A stretch of 64,000 nucleotides of DNA from an uncultured Gammaproteobacteria bacterium (GTDB lineage Bacteria; Patescibacteriota; Microgenomatia; JAMCZE01), in assembly GCA_964576435.1 (NCBI GenBank), contig CAZNUP010000001.1, positions 378,259-442,258 on the forward strand. The letters run 5' to 3'. The notes below the pieces were generated by a model, which did no database searches, had not been told where the DNA came from, and was given only the letters and a program-made list of their open reading frames with translations. Below are positions 19,730 to 28,466 of the stretch, piece after piece (the stretch's first letter is position 1; each line of letters begins with the position of its first letter). Made by a program: the position numbers and the translations under genes.

Positions 19730-21013
19730 TTAAGCAACGTAAGCTCTTAACTTTGCATTTTCACCTTTTCCTTGAACTTCATCTACAGATTTCTTCAATA
19801 AATCGCAACCTTTAATTAGGTCTTCTTGAGATATTGTAAGTGCTGGCATCAATTGAATCACGCCATCATCTCCGTAGATAACATCTAGCCCATTAGACCT
19901 ACATTTTTCAGCAACTACACTGGCTAATTCGGGGTTAGAAATTTTTGTTTCTGCCGCTTTGACAAACTGCAAACCTATCTCAAGCCCCTGGCCCCGCACA
20001 TCACCAATAAGTTTATTGTCTTTAAATCTATCCTTTAACTCTTTCATCAAGATTTCCCCTTTAGATTTAGATTGTTCCCAAGTTTTTTCTCTTTTGTGAA
20101 TTTTAAGAGTTTCCAGCCCGGCGGCACAGCTTAGTGGGGTCCATCCAAATGTGGAAATAAGAAAACAGTCTCCCATTGTGTCTTCAGCTATTTTCTTTTT
20201 CATTGCAACTGCACCAAGTGGTGCTGCCCCATTAGAGATTCCCTTAGCAAATGTTGCAATATCAGGAACAAAGTCTTTTTCTAAATACATTCCAAACATT
20301 TCTCCACACCTTCCAAATCCAGTTCCAACTTCATCTAAAATTAGAACCACACCATATTTTTTAGTAAGTCTTGAAAGGACACTTAAATAACCTTTTGGGG
20401 CAACTAGTGCCGATCCCCACCCAGTTATCATTCCTGCTTCAGTTATAACAGCAGCAAAGGTTTCCTCTTTTAAGATTGATTCAAGTTTAATAGAAAAATC
20501 TTCAAGTATTTCCTGTTCGGTTTTATCCGAATGAAACACTGAGGGGAATTCCATTTGTACGAATTCATTTGGTATTTTGCCAAGTCTTTTTAGAAATTCT
20601 CTGGGAACCCCAAGTGATAACTCGGTGAATGACTCTCCATTATAAGATGGAGTAAAGGCAAGAATTTTCTCTTTACCTGTGTAAGCTCTTGCGAGTTTTA
20701 TTGCTTGTTCGTTTGCTTCCGTCCCTCCCGTGCATCTGGAAAAAGTATTTAGTTCTTGTGGAAGTTCTGATGCTAGGGCGTCTGCATAATCTTGAATAAT
20801 TGGATTCGGTTCCCACATTGGTGAGTATGGGTTTTCTTTAGCTTGTTTAGCAACAGCAGCATTTACCTCAGGGTGGTTCCATCCTAAATTAGTAACATTC
20901 CAACCAGAGGTAAAATCTAAATACCTTTTACCATTTACATCCCAAATGTGTGAACCTTTTGCTTTTGCAAATTCAAAGTGCCAGTCACCGAAAACAACTT
21001 TTCCCTGAAGCAT
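19730..21013 (-). CDS. Class III PLP-dependent aminotransferase
   Basis: DVNGKRYLDF, GTEANE, DEVGTGFGR and PDIATFAKG motifs; start ATG 21013 lies 6 nt after TAATAT. Confidence 0.9.
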   Translation of the reverse strand: MLQGKVVFGDWHFEFAKAKGSHIWDVNGKRYLDFTSGWNVTNLGWNHPEVNAAVAKQAKENPYSPMWEPNPIIQDYADALASELPQELNTFSRCTGGTEANEQAIKLARAYTGKEKILAFTPSYNGESFTELSLGVPREFLKRLGKIPNEFVQMEFPSVFHSDKTEQEILEDFSIKLESILKEETFAAVITEAGMITGWGSALVAPKGYLSVLSRLTKKYGVVLILDEVGTGFGRCGEMFGMYLEKDFVPDIATFAKGISNGAAPLGAVAMKKKIAEDTMGDCFLISTFGWTPLSCAAGLETLKIHKREKTWEQSKSKGEILMKELKDRFKDNKLIGDVRGQGLEIGLQFVKAAETKISNPELASVVAEKCRSNGLDVIYGDDGVIQLMPALTISQEDLIKGCDLLKKSVDEVQGKGENAKLRAYVA

Positions 21014-21065
21014 GTCCAAATATTACATCACAAAGAATAGATTTAAAATAGTTATAAAACCGCTC

Positions 21066-21119
21066 TTGCAATTTATCATATAAAACTGTATCATCCATTT
21101 AATTCTCTGCCCAAGAATT
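21066..21119 (+). promoter_or_regulatory. Sigma70 promoter plus 5' hairpin with CUGCCCA loop
   Basis: TTGCAA-17 nt-TATCAT (TG-extended), then AATTCT-CTGCCCA-AGAATT. Confidence 0.7.
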
Positions 21120-21129
21120 TATTAAACCT

Positions 21130-21483
21130 ATGGCAGACGAAACAACTCTTCCAGAACCAAAATCCGATACATCAGACATTTTGCGAAAAGTCGTGGCAGC
21201 AATTGTGGGTTTGATTGTAATTATTCTCATTGTTCTTGCTGCTAAATGGATTGGTGACAGGATTAGAGAAAGGTTTTTCCCAGGAACAATTACACCTACA
21301 CCAACTCCAGTTGTAACCATAACTCCAATCCCAACTGGCTATATTAGTCCAATGCCAACTAGAGTTCCAAGTTACTCACACATTCCAGCAACAGGAACTG
21401 AAGACTATATATATGTTCTCGTAGGACTCATGGCAATCGGAGGAACTTCCGCTCTAGTTCTTGCAAAAAAGAAAGCTCTATAG
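21130..21483 (+). CDS. Small Pro/Thr-rich protein with N-terminal TM and a C-terminal IPATG sortase-like signal
   Basis: TM, TPTPTP linker, then IPATG, hydrophobic helix and KKK. Confidence 0.75.
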   Translation: MADETTLPEPKSDTSDILRKVVAAIVGLIVIILIVLAAKWIGDRIRERFFPGTITPTPTPVVTITPIPTGYISPMPTRVPSYSHIPATGTEDYIYVLVGLMAIGGTSALVLAKKKAL

Positions 21484-21498
21484 TATCTTCCTTGACGT

Positions 21499-21909
21499 AT
21501 GTTTCTTGCCGAAAGTACTGTCAACACAAATGTAACAAGTAATGTTAATTCCTCACAAACTTCAACGGGTGGTTCTTCCTCTCATACATCTATAACAACT
21601 ACAACAAATGGTGAAACAACACATATTGAAAGTAACGAACAAGGCTCAATTCATGTTGAAACAATAAATGGTGAAACTACTGTTAAAACTAGTCCAGGTA
21701 TGAAAGTGGAAGTTAAAAAAGGTGAAGCAAAAGTTGAAGACAATCTTAAACCCACTCCAAAAGCCAGCAGTTCTCCAGAAGTTAAAGGTGTCGCAACTAT
21801 AAATACTGAAGATGTTAAATCAGAGACAAAAGAGGTAAAACAAAATATTTTAGAACAGATTAAAGAAATGTTTGAAAACTTCTTTAAAAAGCTGCAGTTT
21901 CCTAGTTGA
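21499..21909 (+). CDS. Thr/Ser-rich hypothetical protein with an amphipathic C-terminal helix
   Basis: 136-aa ORF in line with its neighbours; ends MFENFFKKL. Confidence 0.6.
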   Translation: MFLAESTVNTNVTSNVNSSQTSTGGSSSHTSITTTTNGETTHIESNEQGSIHVETINGETTVKTSPGMKVEVKKGEAKVEDNLKPTPKASSSPEVKGVATINTEDVKSETKEVKQNILEQIKEMFENFFKKLQFPS

Positions 21910-21959
21910 CACATTTAGAATTGGCTTGTATCATTGCGTTTAACTTCTGCCCAAAAGTT
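21906..21959 (+). promoter_or_regulatory. Sigma70 promoter plus 5' hairpin with CUGCCCA loop
   Basis: TTGACA-17 nt-TATCAT (TG-extended), then AACTT-CTGCCCAA-AAGTT. Confidence 0.72.
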
Positions 21960-21964
21960 TTTTT

Positions 21965-22687
21965 ATGAAAACTCGAAGGGCAACCACTATTACTTTAGAA
22001 ATTCCCCAAAATCCAATTCCTGAAATTCTTTCAATGGTTCAAGACTTTGCTTCTGACACTCAAAGTAAAGGCTCAAACATTATTTCAAATATAAAATCAA
22101 AACTTTCTTCCGGAAGAAACGGAAATAAATTTAAAAACTACCTCCCTATTGTTATTGTTGCCATAGTTGCTCTTGGAGCAATTTTCTTCGTCGGCAAATT
22201 TATAACTTCAGCAATTGCGAACTCACACGCTAATTCAGTAGATAATAGAGTTGAGTTGAAAGGTCCAAGAGCAAAAATGACCGTTAATAAAACTTTTGAA
22301 TTCCCTCTTAAAGATGATAAAGGAAAGACAATCGCCACTCTCAAATTCTTATTAGGTGACGCTGAACTTCGAGACGAAATAATTCTCCAAGGACAAAAAG
22401 CAGTTGCTGTAAAAGGTAGAACTTATTTAATAACCACAATTAAATTAACAAATAGTTCTGACAAATTTATTCAAATGAAAGTCAGAAACTATGTAAGACT
22501 TAATGTCAACGGTAATAAAGATGAATGGTTGGCTGCTGAAATTCATAACGATCCAGTTGAAGTGCAACCAGAATCCACAAAACAAACTCGTCTTGGATTT
22601 CCAATTAACGACACAGATAAAGATTTAATCCTAAGAGTTGGTGATCTTGAAGGCAAGAAAGAATCCATTCCCCTAAACTTTAACTAA
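21965..22687 (+). CDS. Single-TM protein with an extracellular Ig-like (DUF4352-like) domain
   Basis: One TM, then beta-rich ..YLITTIKLTN..VQPESTKQTRLGF. Confidence 0.6.
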   Translation: MKTRRATTITLEIPQNPIPEILSMVQDFASDTQSKGSNIISNIKSKLSSGRNGNKFKNYLPIVIVAIVALGAIFFVGKFITSAIANSHANSVDNRVELKGPRAKMTVNKTFEFPLKDDKGKTIATLKFLLGDAELRDEIILQGQKAVAVKGRTYLITTIKLTNSSDKFIQMKVRNYVRLNVNGNKDEWLAAEIHNDPVEVQPESTKQTRLGFPINDTDKDLILRVGDLEGKKESIPLNFN

Positions 22688-22691
22688 GTTT

Positions 22692-22877
22692 ATGCAAGGA
22701 CAATCTAAAAAACCATCATTAAACGACGAAATACAAGCCGCTCTCCAAAATATCCGTTTCGGTAGTGTTGAAATCTACATTCAAGATGGAGTTGTCACCC
22801 AAGTAACTGCAAGAAATATTAAGAAGACAAAATTTGAAATTTCTAAAGATTTAAAACCGGCCAAGAGTAAAAGTTAG
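22692..22877 (+). CDS. DUF2292 (YezD/OscA-like) small protein
   Basis: LQNIRFGSVEIYIQDGVVTQV signature; basic C-terminus. Confidence 0.85.
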   Translation: MQGQSKKPSLNDEIQAALQNIRFGSVEIYIQDGVVTQVTARNIKKTKFEISKDLKPAKSKS

Positions 22878-22954
22878 AGGATAGATTTGACATATTGACA
22901 AAGCTATTTTCAAATTGTAAAACTGTTTACAAGTAAATATAGTATAAATATTTA

Positions 22955-23093
22955 GGACGTCTACCGCAAACGGAGACTTCTTTATCTGAAATTCATAGAA
23001 AATCTATTGAAGATTCAGGTCAGGAAGCCTCCGTTTTTTTATTTTATTTGTCGCGAAGATCAACCCGATCGGGAGTGACAAATAAAAGGACGG
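22955..23093 (+). promoter_or_regulatory. Structured leader / putative attenuator upstream of the 409-aa repeat protein
   Basis: Hairpin GTC-TA-CCG-CAAA-CGG-A-GAC (22959-22977) overlaps the 5' arm of a long terminator (22968-22980 with 23023-23036, U7 at 23034-23040). A further stem pairs 23042-23054 with 23075-23087. Confidence 0.75.
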
Positions 23094-23128
23094 AAAGGAA
23101 AAAAATTGAAAGGGGGTGAATCGATAAA

Positions 23129-24358
23129 ATGACAAACTTTAAAAAACAATTAGTAGGTGCTCTCGCAACCGGCCTCTTGGTCGCCAATATTTTGGCCCCA
23201 GTCGCCTATGCAGAAGATGGAATCCATCTTGAAGTGAGTGGAAATGGAGCAAAATCCGATTCCACAATCAACGCAGCTGTTTCAAACACTACTGCCGTTA
23301 CCCAAAGTAACGTAGCTAATGTCACAAACAATGTTGATTCAACATCCAATAGCGGAGGAAACAAGGCTAGTGGAAACACTTCTGGAGACGTTTTAATCAA
23401 GACTGGTAAAGCTACATCTAATGTAGAAGTCGCCAATAACTTGAACACAAACGTAGCCAATGTTGATTGCTGCGGAGCCACTTCCACTAACGTTACTATT
23501 TCTGGAAATGGAAAGAAATCAGATAATGATGTAAACCTTTCACAGACCAATGCTAACGTTGTTGCACAAACAAATGAAGCAAACGTCTTAAACAACGTTG
23601 ATTCAAAAGCAAACAGTGGAAAAAACAAAGCTAATGCAAACACTGGAGGCGATGTCACAGTTGTGACAGGAGCAGCCACTGCAGGAGCCGATGTTTCCAC
23701 ACATGCTAATACTAATGTTGCAAACATTGGTGGAGGACATATGGGAGATGAAGGAGAAGTTTCCTTGATCATCTCAGGAAATGGAGAGAAGTCAGACAAT
23801 GATATTGCCTTGGCACTCTCTAACGCTAATTCACTCATTCAAGCAAACGAAGCTAACGTCACTAATGACGTTGATGCAAAAGCTAATTCAGGATACAACA
23901 AAGCCAACGCTAATACCGGAGGCGAAGTTGCAATCTTAACTGGAAAAGCAGACGCAATGGTCGGAGTTGACAATGATGTTAACTTTAACTGGGCAGACGT
24001 TGATTGCGGATGTGTTACCGATTTGAAAGCTAAAGTAGCTGGAAATGGCAAAGAATCTGACAATGATATCAATGCCTCACTCGTTAATACTAAGTTAGCT
24101 GAACAAGTGAATGCAGCAGCTCTACAAAATAATGTAGACGCAAAAGCCAAATCTGGTTGGAATAAAGCAAACGATAACACCGGATCAGTTGAAGGAAGTG
24201 ATCCAGCTATCTTAACTGGGGATTCGTCCTCAAACACAGAAGTTGGAAATTCCAGTAACTGGAACGTGTTTGGAAATGGAGAACTTACTCCTTTGCCAGA
24301 ATTCGACTTTGATTTTGACTGGAGTACATTCATGTTCTGGATGGTTCAACATTCATAA
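23129..24358 (+). CDS. Secreted Asn/Gly-rich protein with 4 x ~90-aa repeats (putative major fibre subunit)
   Basis: Signal peptide (AYA|E); four SGNG..S.N...Q.N.ANV.N.V...ANSG.NKA..NTG...TG repeats; DCCG and DCGC linkers; strong SD. Confidence 0.85.
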   Translation: MTNFKKQLVGALATGLLVANILAPVAYAEDGIHLEVSGNGAKSDSTINAAVSNTTAVTQSNVANVTNNVDSTSNSGGNKASGNTSGDVLIKTGKATSNVEVANNLNTNVANVDCCGATSTNVTISGNGKKSDNDVNLSQTNANVVAQTNEANVLNNVDSKANSGKNKANANTGGDVTVVTGAATAGADVSTHANTNVANIGGGHMGDEGEVSLIISGNGEKSDNDIALALSNANSLIQANEANVTNDVDAKANSGYNKANANTGGEVAILTGKADAMVGVDNDVNFNWADVDCGCVTDLKAKVAGNGKESDNDINASLVNTKLAEQVNAAALQNNVDAKAKSGWNKANDNTGSVEGSDPAILTGDSSSNTEVGNSSNWNVFGNGELTPLPEFDFDFDWSTFMFWMVQHS

Positions 24359-24372
24359 CTGAAATCTCAAAC

Positions 24373-24418
24373 TTCGTAAGGGTCTTTGCTTGAGCACTTC
24401 AGGCAAAGCCCCTACGAA
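24373..24418 (+). other. Long intergenic hairpin without a U-tract (likely mRNA stabiliser or partial terminator)
   Basis: TTCGTAAGGG-TCTTTGCTTGA-GCACT-TCAGGCAAAG-CCCCTACGAA. Confidence 0.65.
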
Positions 24419-24447
24419 ATAGAGAAAAATAAAATTAAAACTAGATA

Positions 24448-26679
24448 ATGAAAAATCTTAAAAATAAAATTACAAAATCGCTAAGCATACTATTAATTGT
24501 GATTCTCTTTTTGGGTCACATGTCTCCCCTTGCTGTTTTAGCAGAAGAAGGAACACCAACGCCAGAGCCCACTCAACAAGTTCAACAAGAAGCAACACCA
24601 ACTCCTCAACCTGAAGCAACTCAAATACCAGCACCTGTTGCAACACCAGTTGCACCAACCACGCCAACAGCACCAGTAACTCCTGTAGCACCAACTAACC
24701 CAAATCCAGTTGTTGTAGCACCAGTAACTCCAGTGGCTCCAGTAGCGCCAAGTAATTCAAATAATAATTCAAATAACGAAGAATCTAAAAATAAAGAGGC
24801 CAATAAAGAGAAGAAAAGATCAGAAAATAAATCCAACAACAATAGTGGTGGAAACGTTGGTGATACAACTGTAAATACTGGTAGCACAAATACTAACGGA
24901 GCAATCGTAACAGATGCTAATTCAAATCTTGCTGGCACAAACGGAGGATCAACAAATGGAGTAAGTATCGTAAATGCAAATAATGGCCAGGCTTCAGACA
25001 ATAGTGGTTCAGCGTCAGTTGTTAACAACGACAATACCAATCAAAACAACAATGCCAACGTTTCAAACGGACTTAGTCTAAGTTCTGATTCCGGAAGTAA
25101 CAAAAGTAATGGCAATGTTGGTGATACAACTATTAAAACTGGAGATTCAAATGTTTCAGGAACAATAATCACAGCAGTGAACACAAATGTTGACGGCGTC
25201 ATGGTCTCAGAATTTAATATCGCTGATGATCACGTTGGAGACATCGTCTTAGACTTTGGTGCAAATTGTGTCTCTGGTTGTGGTAACAGCAACGTATCAG
25301 CAAACAACACAGGTAATGGAGCAAATTCAAATAATACGGCCAATTCTGATTTAACAAACAACACAAACACTTTCCAAAATAATGACGCCAATGTTGGTAA
25401 TGACCTTGTCTTGTCAGCAAATAGTGGGAACAACAAGGCTAACGCAAATACTGGTGGAGATAGTTCCATTCAAACTGGCGACGCGAATGTTTCAGGAAAC
25501 GTTCTGACAATGGCTAACAACAATTTTGCAGGGAATGTCGTTTACGGGGTAGTCAACATTTATGGAGATCTTCATGGAGATATCGTTTTCCCAGAAGAAC
25601 AAATGACAGGTTGTTGTGGAACTGGAAGTCTCGCTGCAAACAATATTGGCAATGGATCCAATTCAACAAATTCTGCTAATGGAAGTGCAACCAACAATAA
25701 CAACACGACACAAAACAATAACGCCAATATTACAAACACACTTGATCTAGATGCAGTTACTGGAGACAATAAATTGAATGCAAATACTGGTGGTAATTCC
25801 GAAGTCACAACAGGCAACACCAATGTTCAAGCCAATGTCTTGAATGTCGCCAACAATAATCTTGATGGCGGTAATATGTGGCTTGTCTTAATTAACGACG
25901 CAGGTAAATGGATTGGTAAATTAGTTGGAGCCGATGGAAATATGGCTGCTTCTGGTGGAACAGTTCTAACAGTTGACGAAAATGGTCAGATAACTGCTTC
26001 CAATAACGGAAATGGTAGCGGTTCAACAAATTCAACAGATGGTAGTGTCACAAACAACAACAATACGACTCAAAACAATAATGCCAACATAAATAACAAT
26101 GTTAACCTCTCAGCAAATACAGGTGGCAATTCAACAAGTTATAACACTGGGGGAGATAATGCAATTCAAACTGGAGATGCCAATATCATTGTTAACATGG
26201 TTAACTTTGTAAACAATAATATTACTGGCAATGGAAAATTGTTTGTCACAGTCGTTAACGTATTTGGTAGTTGGACTGGTGATTTCTTAACACCAGGACA
26301 AAAGAAAGAATCAAAGCCAGCTGCTCAAACTGTAGCTAACTCACAAAGTTCACAGTCAACAAATAATAGTAATCAAACACAGCAAGAACAAAGTTCGGTA
26401 CTTGGTTGGACACAGACTAATACACAAACAACACAAACTGTAAAAACAACTCAAACAAATCCTGCTGGCGGAGTACTCTCTTTCTTTGCTGGAGCACAAA
26501 ATAAAACTAACACTTTGAAAGAATCTGTTGGAGTTAAAGATGCAAAAATCACTAAATCTTCTAAATCAAAAGTAAAAATAAACTTGGCATGGTTGATTTT
26601 GGCTTTGCCATTTGCTATACTCTTCCTGTTAAGGAAAAGAGTGGCTCAAGTAGTCACCAAAATGACCGCTCTTCTCTAA
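24448..26679 (+). CDS. Secreted Asn/Gly repeat protein (~4.5 repeats) with Pro/Thr linker and C-terminal TM anchor
   Basis: Signal peptide (VLA|E), PVAP/TP repeats, the same NG..S.N/ANTGG repeat, CVSGC and GCCG linkers, TM plus RKR. Confidence 0.85.
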   Translation: MKNLKNKITKSLSILLIVILFLGHMSPLAVLAEEGTPTPEPTQQVQQEATPTPQPEATQIPAPVATPVAPTTPTAPVTPVAPTNPNPVVVAPVTPVAPVAPSNSNNNSNNEESKNKEANKEKKRSENKSNNNSGGNVGDTTVNTGSTNTNGAIVTDANSNLAGTNGGSTNGVSIVNANNGQASDNSGSASVVNNDNTNQNNNANVSNGLSLSSDSGSNKSNGNVGDTTIKTGDSNVSGTIITAVNTNVDGVMVSEFNIADDHVGDIVLDFGANCVSGCGNSNVSANNTGNGANSNNTANSDLTNNTNTFQNNDANVGNDLVLSANSGNNKANANTGGDSSIQTGDANVSGNVLTMANNNFAGNVVYGVVNIYGDLHGDIVFPEEQMTGCCGTGSLAANNIGNGSNSTNSANGSATNNNNTTQNNNANITNTLDLDAVTGDNKLNANTGGNSEVTTGNTNVQANVLNVANNNLDGGNMWLVLINDAGKWIGKLVGADGNMAASGGTVLTVDENGQITASNNGNGSGSTNSTDGSVTNNNNTTQNNNANINNNVNLSANTGGNSTSYNTGGDNAIQTGDANIIVNMVNFVNNNITGNGKLFVTVVNVFGSWTGDFLTPGQKKESKPAAQTVANSQSSQSTNNSNQTQQEQSSVLGWTQTNTQTTQTVKTTQTNPAGGVLSFFAGAQNKTNTLKESVGVKDAKITKSSKSKVKINLAWLILALPFAILFLLRKRVAQVVTKMTALL

Positions 26680-26703
26680 CACTCCTGCCCCCAATTTATT
26701 TTA

Positions 26704-27273
26704 GTGCAAAAAACTCTTTTTACAATTTTTGCGTTCCTCTTAGTGTTAGCTCTTGTCAAAACCCAAGTACAAGCAATCGACTACAGTGTTGAAAATAATG
26801 GTGCCAACTCCCAAAACAACGTAAATGTTCAAAACACCAACAATAACTCCAATAGCCAAAGTAATACCACAAATATCACTAACAATGTAAATGCTAATGC
26901 AAATACAGGTGGCAACAGTGCTTCAGGTAATTCTGGAGACAGTACTATTATTACTGGCGATTCAACAGTTAGTATTTCCATAACTAATAATGGAAACGGC
27001 AACAATACTCAAACTGGTTGCTGTAAAACTCCTACGCCAACAAAAACACCAACTAAGGTTCCAACTCCAGATCCAACAGGCACTCCAAACTCAGGAGGAA
27101 GTAATGGAGGATCGTCTGGTGGAAGTAGTTCTGGTGGTAGTTCAGGAAGTTCTTCAAGTCCACAAGTCCTGGGCCTTTCTAAGACCGCAGGCACTCAAAA
27201 AGTTGACGTCGCATTCTATTTAGCTGGAATCTTATGCCTAGGTCTCGCCGGAAAAAGACTTCTAAAAAGTTAA
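26704..27273 (+). CDS. Single-repeat Asn/Gly protein with a C-terminal sortase-like signal (LSKTA)
   Basis: Signal peptide (VQA|I), one repeat, GCC, TPT and Gly/Ser linker, then VLGLSKTAG, TM and KR. Overlaps the sortase gene. Confidence 0.8.
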   Translation: MQKTLFTIFAFLLVLALVKTQVQAIDYSVENNGANSQNNVNVQNTNNNSNSQSNTTNITNNVNANANTGGNSASGNSGDSTIITGDSTVSISITNNGNGNNTQTGCCKTPTPTKTPTKVPTPDPTGTPNSGGSNGGSSGGSSSGGSSGSSSSPQVLGLSKTAGTQKVDVAFYLAGILCLGLAGKRLLKS

Positions 27274-27803
27274 CCCTCAAGGACTATCTGCCCATTCTCT
27301 TAATAGTAATTGGCCTAGTTCTATTAATGGTTCCCCTAGCAACGAAAAACATTGCTTCTGCTCAATCTAACCCTATAAAGATAAAATCAGAACTTCTTTC
27401 CAAAAAAGACACTAGGGAAGTCCCAATCAGGATTTTAGTCCCTAAATATAAAGTTGATCTTCCCATAATTGAAGCAAAAGTAGTAAATGGGTTGTGGGAA
27501 CTTTCAGAAACAACCGCCTCCCATGGTGTTGGATCGGCTAATCCCGGTGACAAAGGTAATATCGTTGTTTTTGCTCATGCAAGGGACGATCTATTTGGTC
27601 CAATTAGATATATTCAAAAAGATGACGAGATTTATCTTCTAACTAAAGATAAATGGCACAAATACAAAGTTGAGGAAACAAAGCTTGTTGACCCGAGTGA
27701 AGTGAAAGTAATTGCTCCCACCAAAAAAGAAACCCTGACTTTGTACACTTGTTCAGGATTTCTTGATTCCAAGAGGCTTATTGTTGTTGCAAAGCCATCT
27801 TAA
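27234..27803 (+). CDS. Sortase
   Basis: N-terminal TM; GNIVVFAH, LTLYTC and downstream Arg (KRLIV) give the His-Cys-Arg triad. Confidence 0.93.
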   Translation: MPRSRRKKTSKKLTLKDYLPILLIVIGLVLLMVPLATKNIASAQSNPIKIKSELLSKKDTREVPIRILVPKYKVDLPIIEAKVVNGLWELSETTASHGVGSANPGDKGNIVVFAHARDDLFGPIRYIQKDDEIYLLTKDKWHKYKVEETKLVDPSEVKVIAPTKKETLTLYTCSGFLDSKRLIVVAKPS

Positions 27804-27805
27804 TT

Positions 27806-27847
27806 GCTTGCCCCGGGGTCAGATTGCTGTTCCCGGGATCAGCTTTT
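27806..27847. terminator. Hairpin between convergent operons
   Basis: GCTTG-CCCCGGGG-TCAG-ATTG-CTG-TTCCCGGG-ATCAGC followed by TTTT. Confidence 0.6.
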
Positions 27848-27851
27848 AAGT

Positions 27852-28448
27852 TTAGAGCACTGTATTGCCCTCTCCAGTTACTGTAGTTTCAACACTAGAA
27901 TCAGCTGGGCCAGTTACGACTCCATTTGTTCCATTGGTGTTGTCTTTCACAGTGTTTCCGCCGGTATTAGCGACTGAGGAAACTGCTGTAACAGCAACGG
28001 TGTTACTCTTTTGTTTCACGACGTTTGTAGTGCCGGAAACGACTGTCACTGTGTTAACGGATTTTTTACCGTTTCCGGTAATGCTAACGTCAGTAGAATC
28101 GCCACATCCACAAGATGGAGCAACTGCTTCATTGGATCCACCCATAACAGTAGTTGTAACTGTTGATGTGGAAGCGCCAGTTGTAACTCCATTTGTTCCA
28201 CCAGTGTTTCCATTAACTTTGTTGTTTCCACTGTTAGCTACAGAAGAGACGAATGTTAATGCCATGGTGTTACTTGTTTGCTTGGTGATATTTTTATTTG
28301 CAGAGATAGCAGTCACTGTGTTAACGGATTGTTTTCCATTTCCACTAATGTTAACTGTGTTTGCTGCAAATGCTGCGGATGCTGTGGTAGCGACCAAAAG
28401 GCCAATTGCCAAAGCTCCTGTTGTTCCTTTCAAAATTAGTTTGTTCAT
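27852..28448 (-). CDS. Secreted Asn/Gly protein with two ~90-aa repeats
   Basis: Signal peptide (AFA|A); 2 x I[ST]GNGK.SVN...AN[ST]G.N...NT.G..GV.TG; CGC linker; strong SD before ATG 28448. Confidence 0.85.
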   Translation of the reverse strand: MNKLILKGTTGALAIGLLVATTASAAFAANTVNISGNGKQSVNTVTAISANKNITKQTSNTMALTFVSSVANSGNNKVNGNTGGTNGVTTGASTSTVTTTVMGGSNEAVAPSCGCGDSTDVSITGNGKKSVNTVTVVSGTTNVVKQKSNTVAVTAVSSVANTGGNTVKDNTNGTNGVVTGPADSSVETTVTGEGNTVL

Positions 28449-28466
28449 ATTATTCACCCCCTTTCA

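Noticed and set aside
22960-22968. ops-like GCGGTAG (RfaH site)
   Set aside because: It is on the template strand relative to the downstream genes and is just the complement of the hairpin.
24540-24750. Short tandem DNA repeats considered as CRISPR or VNTR
   Set aside because: They are degenerate codon repeats for a PVAP/TP linker, with no constant repeat-spacer pattern.
27288-27294. Additional CTGCCCA copies inside the sortase gene and antisense within cca
   Set aside because: Coding context with no convincing stem; a few chance copies are expected in 64 kb.
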